Source: an uncultured Actinomycetes bacterium (GTDB lineage: Bacteria; Actinomycetota; Thermoleophilia; Gaiellales; Gaiellaceae). From it: 64,000 bases of DNA. The DNA lies in the NCBI GenBank assembly GCA_963809075.1, contig CAWEIM010000015.1:20465-84464 (forward strand). The letters run 5' to 3'. The position numbers and the translations under genes are program-made. Below the pieces are notes generated by a model. The model did no database searches, was not told the DNA's origin, and was given only the letters and a program-made list of their open reading frames with translations. This document shows, in pieces, positions 62,797 to 64,000 of this stretch. Position 1 is the stretch's first letter. Each line of letters opens with the position of its first letter.

Positions 62797-64000
62797 AACC
62801 GAGCTTGCGGTCGAGGTCGAACGCGGCGCTGATCAGCGCGAGGTGCGTGAACGCCTGCGGGAAGTTGCCGAGGGCCTCACCGGTCGGCCCGATCTGCTCG
62901 GAGTACAGGCCGACGTGGTTCGCGTACGTGAGCATCTTCTCGAACATGAGCCGGGCGTCGTCCACACGCCCCGCCCGCGACATCGCCTCGACCAGCCAGA
63001 ACGAGCACATCGAGAACGTCCCCTCCGTCCCGGCCAGCCCGTCGGGCGAGGCCTCGGGGTTGTACCGGTGGACGAGGCTGTCGGTCACGAGCTCCTTCGT
63101 GATCGCGTCGAGCGTCGAAGTCCACCGTGGGTCGGTCGGTGCGACGAACTTGACCAGCGGCATCATCAGCAGCGAGGCATCGAGCACGTCGGATCCGTAG
63201 TGCTGGACGAAGGCCTTCTTCTGCTCGCTCCACCCGCGCTCGTGGATCTGCGCATGGATGCGGTCGCGAACGGCGCGCCAGTGATAGACGTCGGCGGGAA
63301 GGCTGCGCTCGACGGCCATCCTCGCCGCGCGGTCGATTCCCACCCACGACTGCAGCCGCGAGAACACGAAGTCCTTGCGCCCGCCGCGCGTCTCCCAGAT
63401 GCCTTCGTCCGGCTGGTTCCAGTCCTCGCACAGCCGGTCGACACCGTCGCGGATTCCGTCCCAGGCGTCGTAGTAGATCGGCCCGCCGTATTTGTTGTAG
63501 ACGTAGATCGCGTCGATCAGCTCGCCGTAGATGTCGAGCTGGAGCTGGGTGGCGGCGTCGTTGCCGACGCGGACAGGGCCTGAGCCGCAGTAGCCCTCGA
63601 AGTGGTCGAGCTCCTCCTCCTCGAGCTCGGAGCTCCCGTCCACGCGGTACATGACACGGAGCCGGTCGACCTCTCCGGACTTGACCTCCTGGAAGCGGTC
63701 CGTCAGCCAGTCGATGAACTGCTCGGCCGCATCCTTGAACCCGAGCAGGAGGAGGGCGTGCAGCGAGAAGGCGGAGTCGCGCAGCCACGTGTACCGGTAA
63801 TCCCAGTTGCGCGGTCCGCCGAGCTGCTCGGGCAGGCTCGTCGTGGGCGCGGCGACGATTGCTCCGGTCGGCTTGTACGTCAGCAGCTTCAACGTGAGCG
63901 CCGATCGCTGCACCATCTCGCGCCAGCGGCCGCGGTAATTGGACTGGGCGAGCCAGGCGCGCCAGTACGCCACGGTCTCGCGTACCAGCTCCTCGGTCTG
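62795..64000 (-). CDS. Glycoside hydrolase family 15 (glucoamylase/trehalase-like); N-terminal half lies beyond the window end
   Basis: NWDYRYTWLRDSAF, QLDIYGELIDA, DEGIWETRGG, FSMCSFWLVEA and GNFPQAFTHLALI. The frame stays open from 63973 to 64000. Confidence 0.85.
   Translation of the reverse strand, partial: QTEELVRETVAYWRAWLAQSNYRGRWREMVQRSALTLKLLTYKPTGAIVAAPTTSLPEQLGGPRNWDYRYTWLRDSAFSLHALLLLGFKDAAEQFIDWLTDRFQEVKSGEVDRLRVMYRVDGSSELEEEELDHFEGYCGSGPVRVGNDAATQLQLDIYGELIDAIYVYNKYGGPIYYDAWDGIRDGVDRLCEDWNQPDEGIWETRGGRKDFVFSRLQSWVGIDRAARMAVERSLPADVYHWRAVRDRIHAQIHERGWSEQKKAFVQHYGSDVLDASLLMMPLVKFVAPTDPRWTSTLDAITKELVTDSLVHRYNPEASPDGLAGTEGTFSMCSFWLVEAMSRAGRVDDARLMFEKMLTYANHVGLYSEQIGPTGEALGNFPQAFTHLALISAAFDLDRKLG

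Overview
Very GC-rich (about 70% by eye) chromosomal segment dominated by housekeeping genes. Gene content and synteny look actinobacterial: the FhaA-FhaB-PstP-RodA-PbpA-PknB block, OpcA, PdtaS/PdtaR, an MMPL transporter and DUF4446. A deep-branching lineage such as Thermoleophilia or Rubrobacteria is only my guess. All family calls rest on motifs I recognise in the translations; no searches were run.

I support about 70 genes, arranged as follows:
- 1-4.2 kb: oxidoreductase, glycoside-hydrolase-like protein, and pdxH divergent from gabT.
- 4.2-16.3 kb: three Ser/Thr kinases and a roughly 10.6 kb minus-strand cell-wall operon (kinase-fhaA-fhaB-pstP-rodA-pbpA-pknB-ddl-unknown).
- 16.3-22.6 kb: membrane protein, DUF4446, HNH, an MMPL with a long Q/K-rich coiled coil, and SIMPL.
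- 22.6-33.7 kb: nitrogen block (glnA-glnK-amt-rhodanese, plus a second GS) flanking an operon of ABC transporter, GNAT, GNAT, methyltransferase and MFS.
- 34.7-37 kb: pdtaS-yciI-pdtaR.
- 37-41 kb: clpS, erm-like methyltransferase, ABC-F.
- 41.5-50 kb: pentose-phosphate genes (tkt divergent from rpiB-tal-pgi-gnd-zwf-opcA).
- 50-54 kb: MFS, amidase, creatininase-family protein, GNAT.
- 54-58.4 kb: ctaC-ctaD-ctaB plus small ORFs.
- 58.4-64 kb: infC, CBS protein, membrane proteins, EmrB-type MFS, partial GH15.

I found no rRNA, tRNA, CRISPR array, transposase or integrase.

Main caveat: roughly 50 single-base reading-frame breaks interrupt about 27 otherwise well conserved genes, many of them essential. 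All 11 junctions I could resolve to the nucleotide lie in a mononucleotide run. Consensus indel error is therefore the simplest explanation. I list these genes as pseudogenes over their repaired full span.

No single clear-cut novel system stands out. The best candidates for follow-up are:
- a two-copy palindromic intergenic element with a compensatory base-pair change;
- the extended cell-wall operon, with a polytopic-membrane kinase at its head and ddl plus an unknown gene coupled to pknB;
- the physically linked pdtaS-yciI-pdtaR module;
- the transporter/acetyltransferase/methyltransferase operon;
- infC with an upstream mini-ORF and an unknown coupled gene where rpmI-rplT would be expected;
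- a consistent architecture of leaderless operon heads and 4-nt stop/start overlaps.
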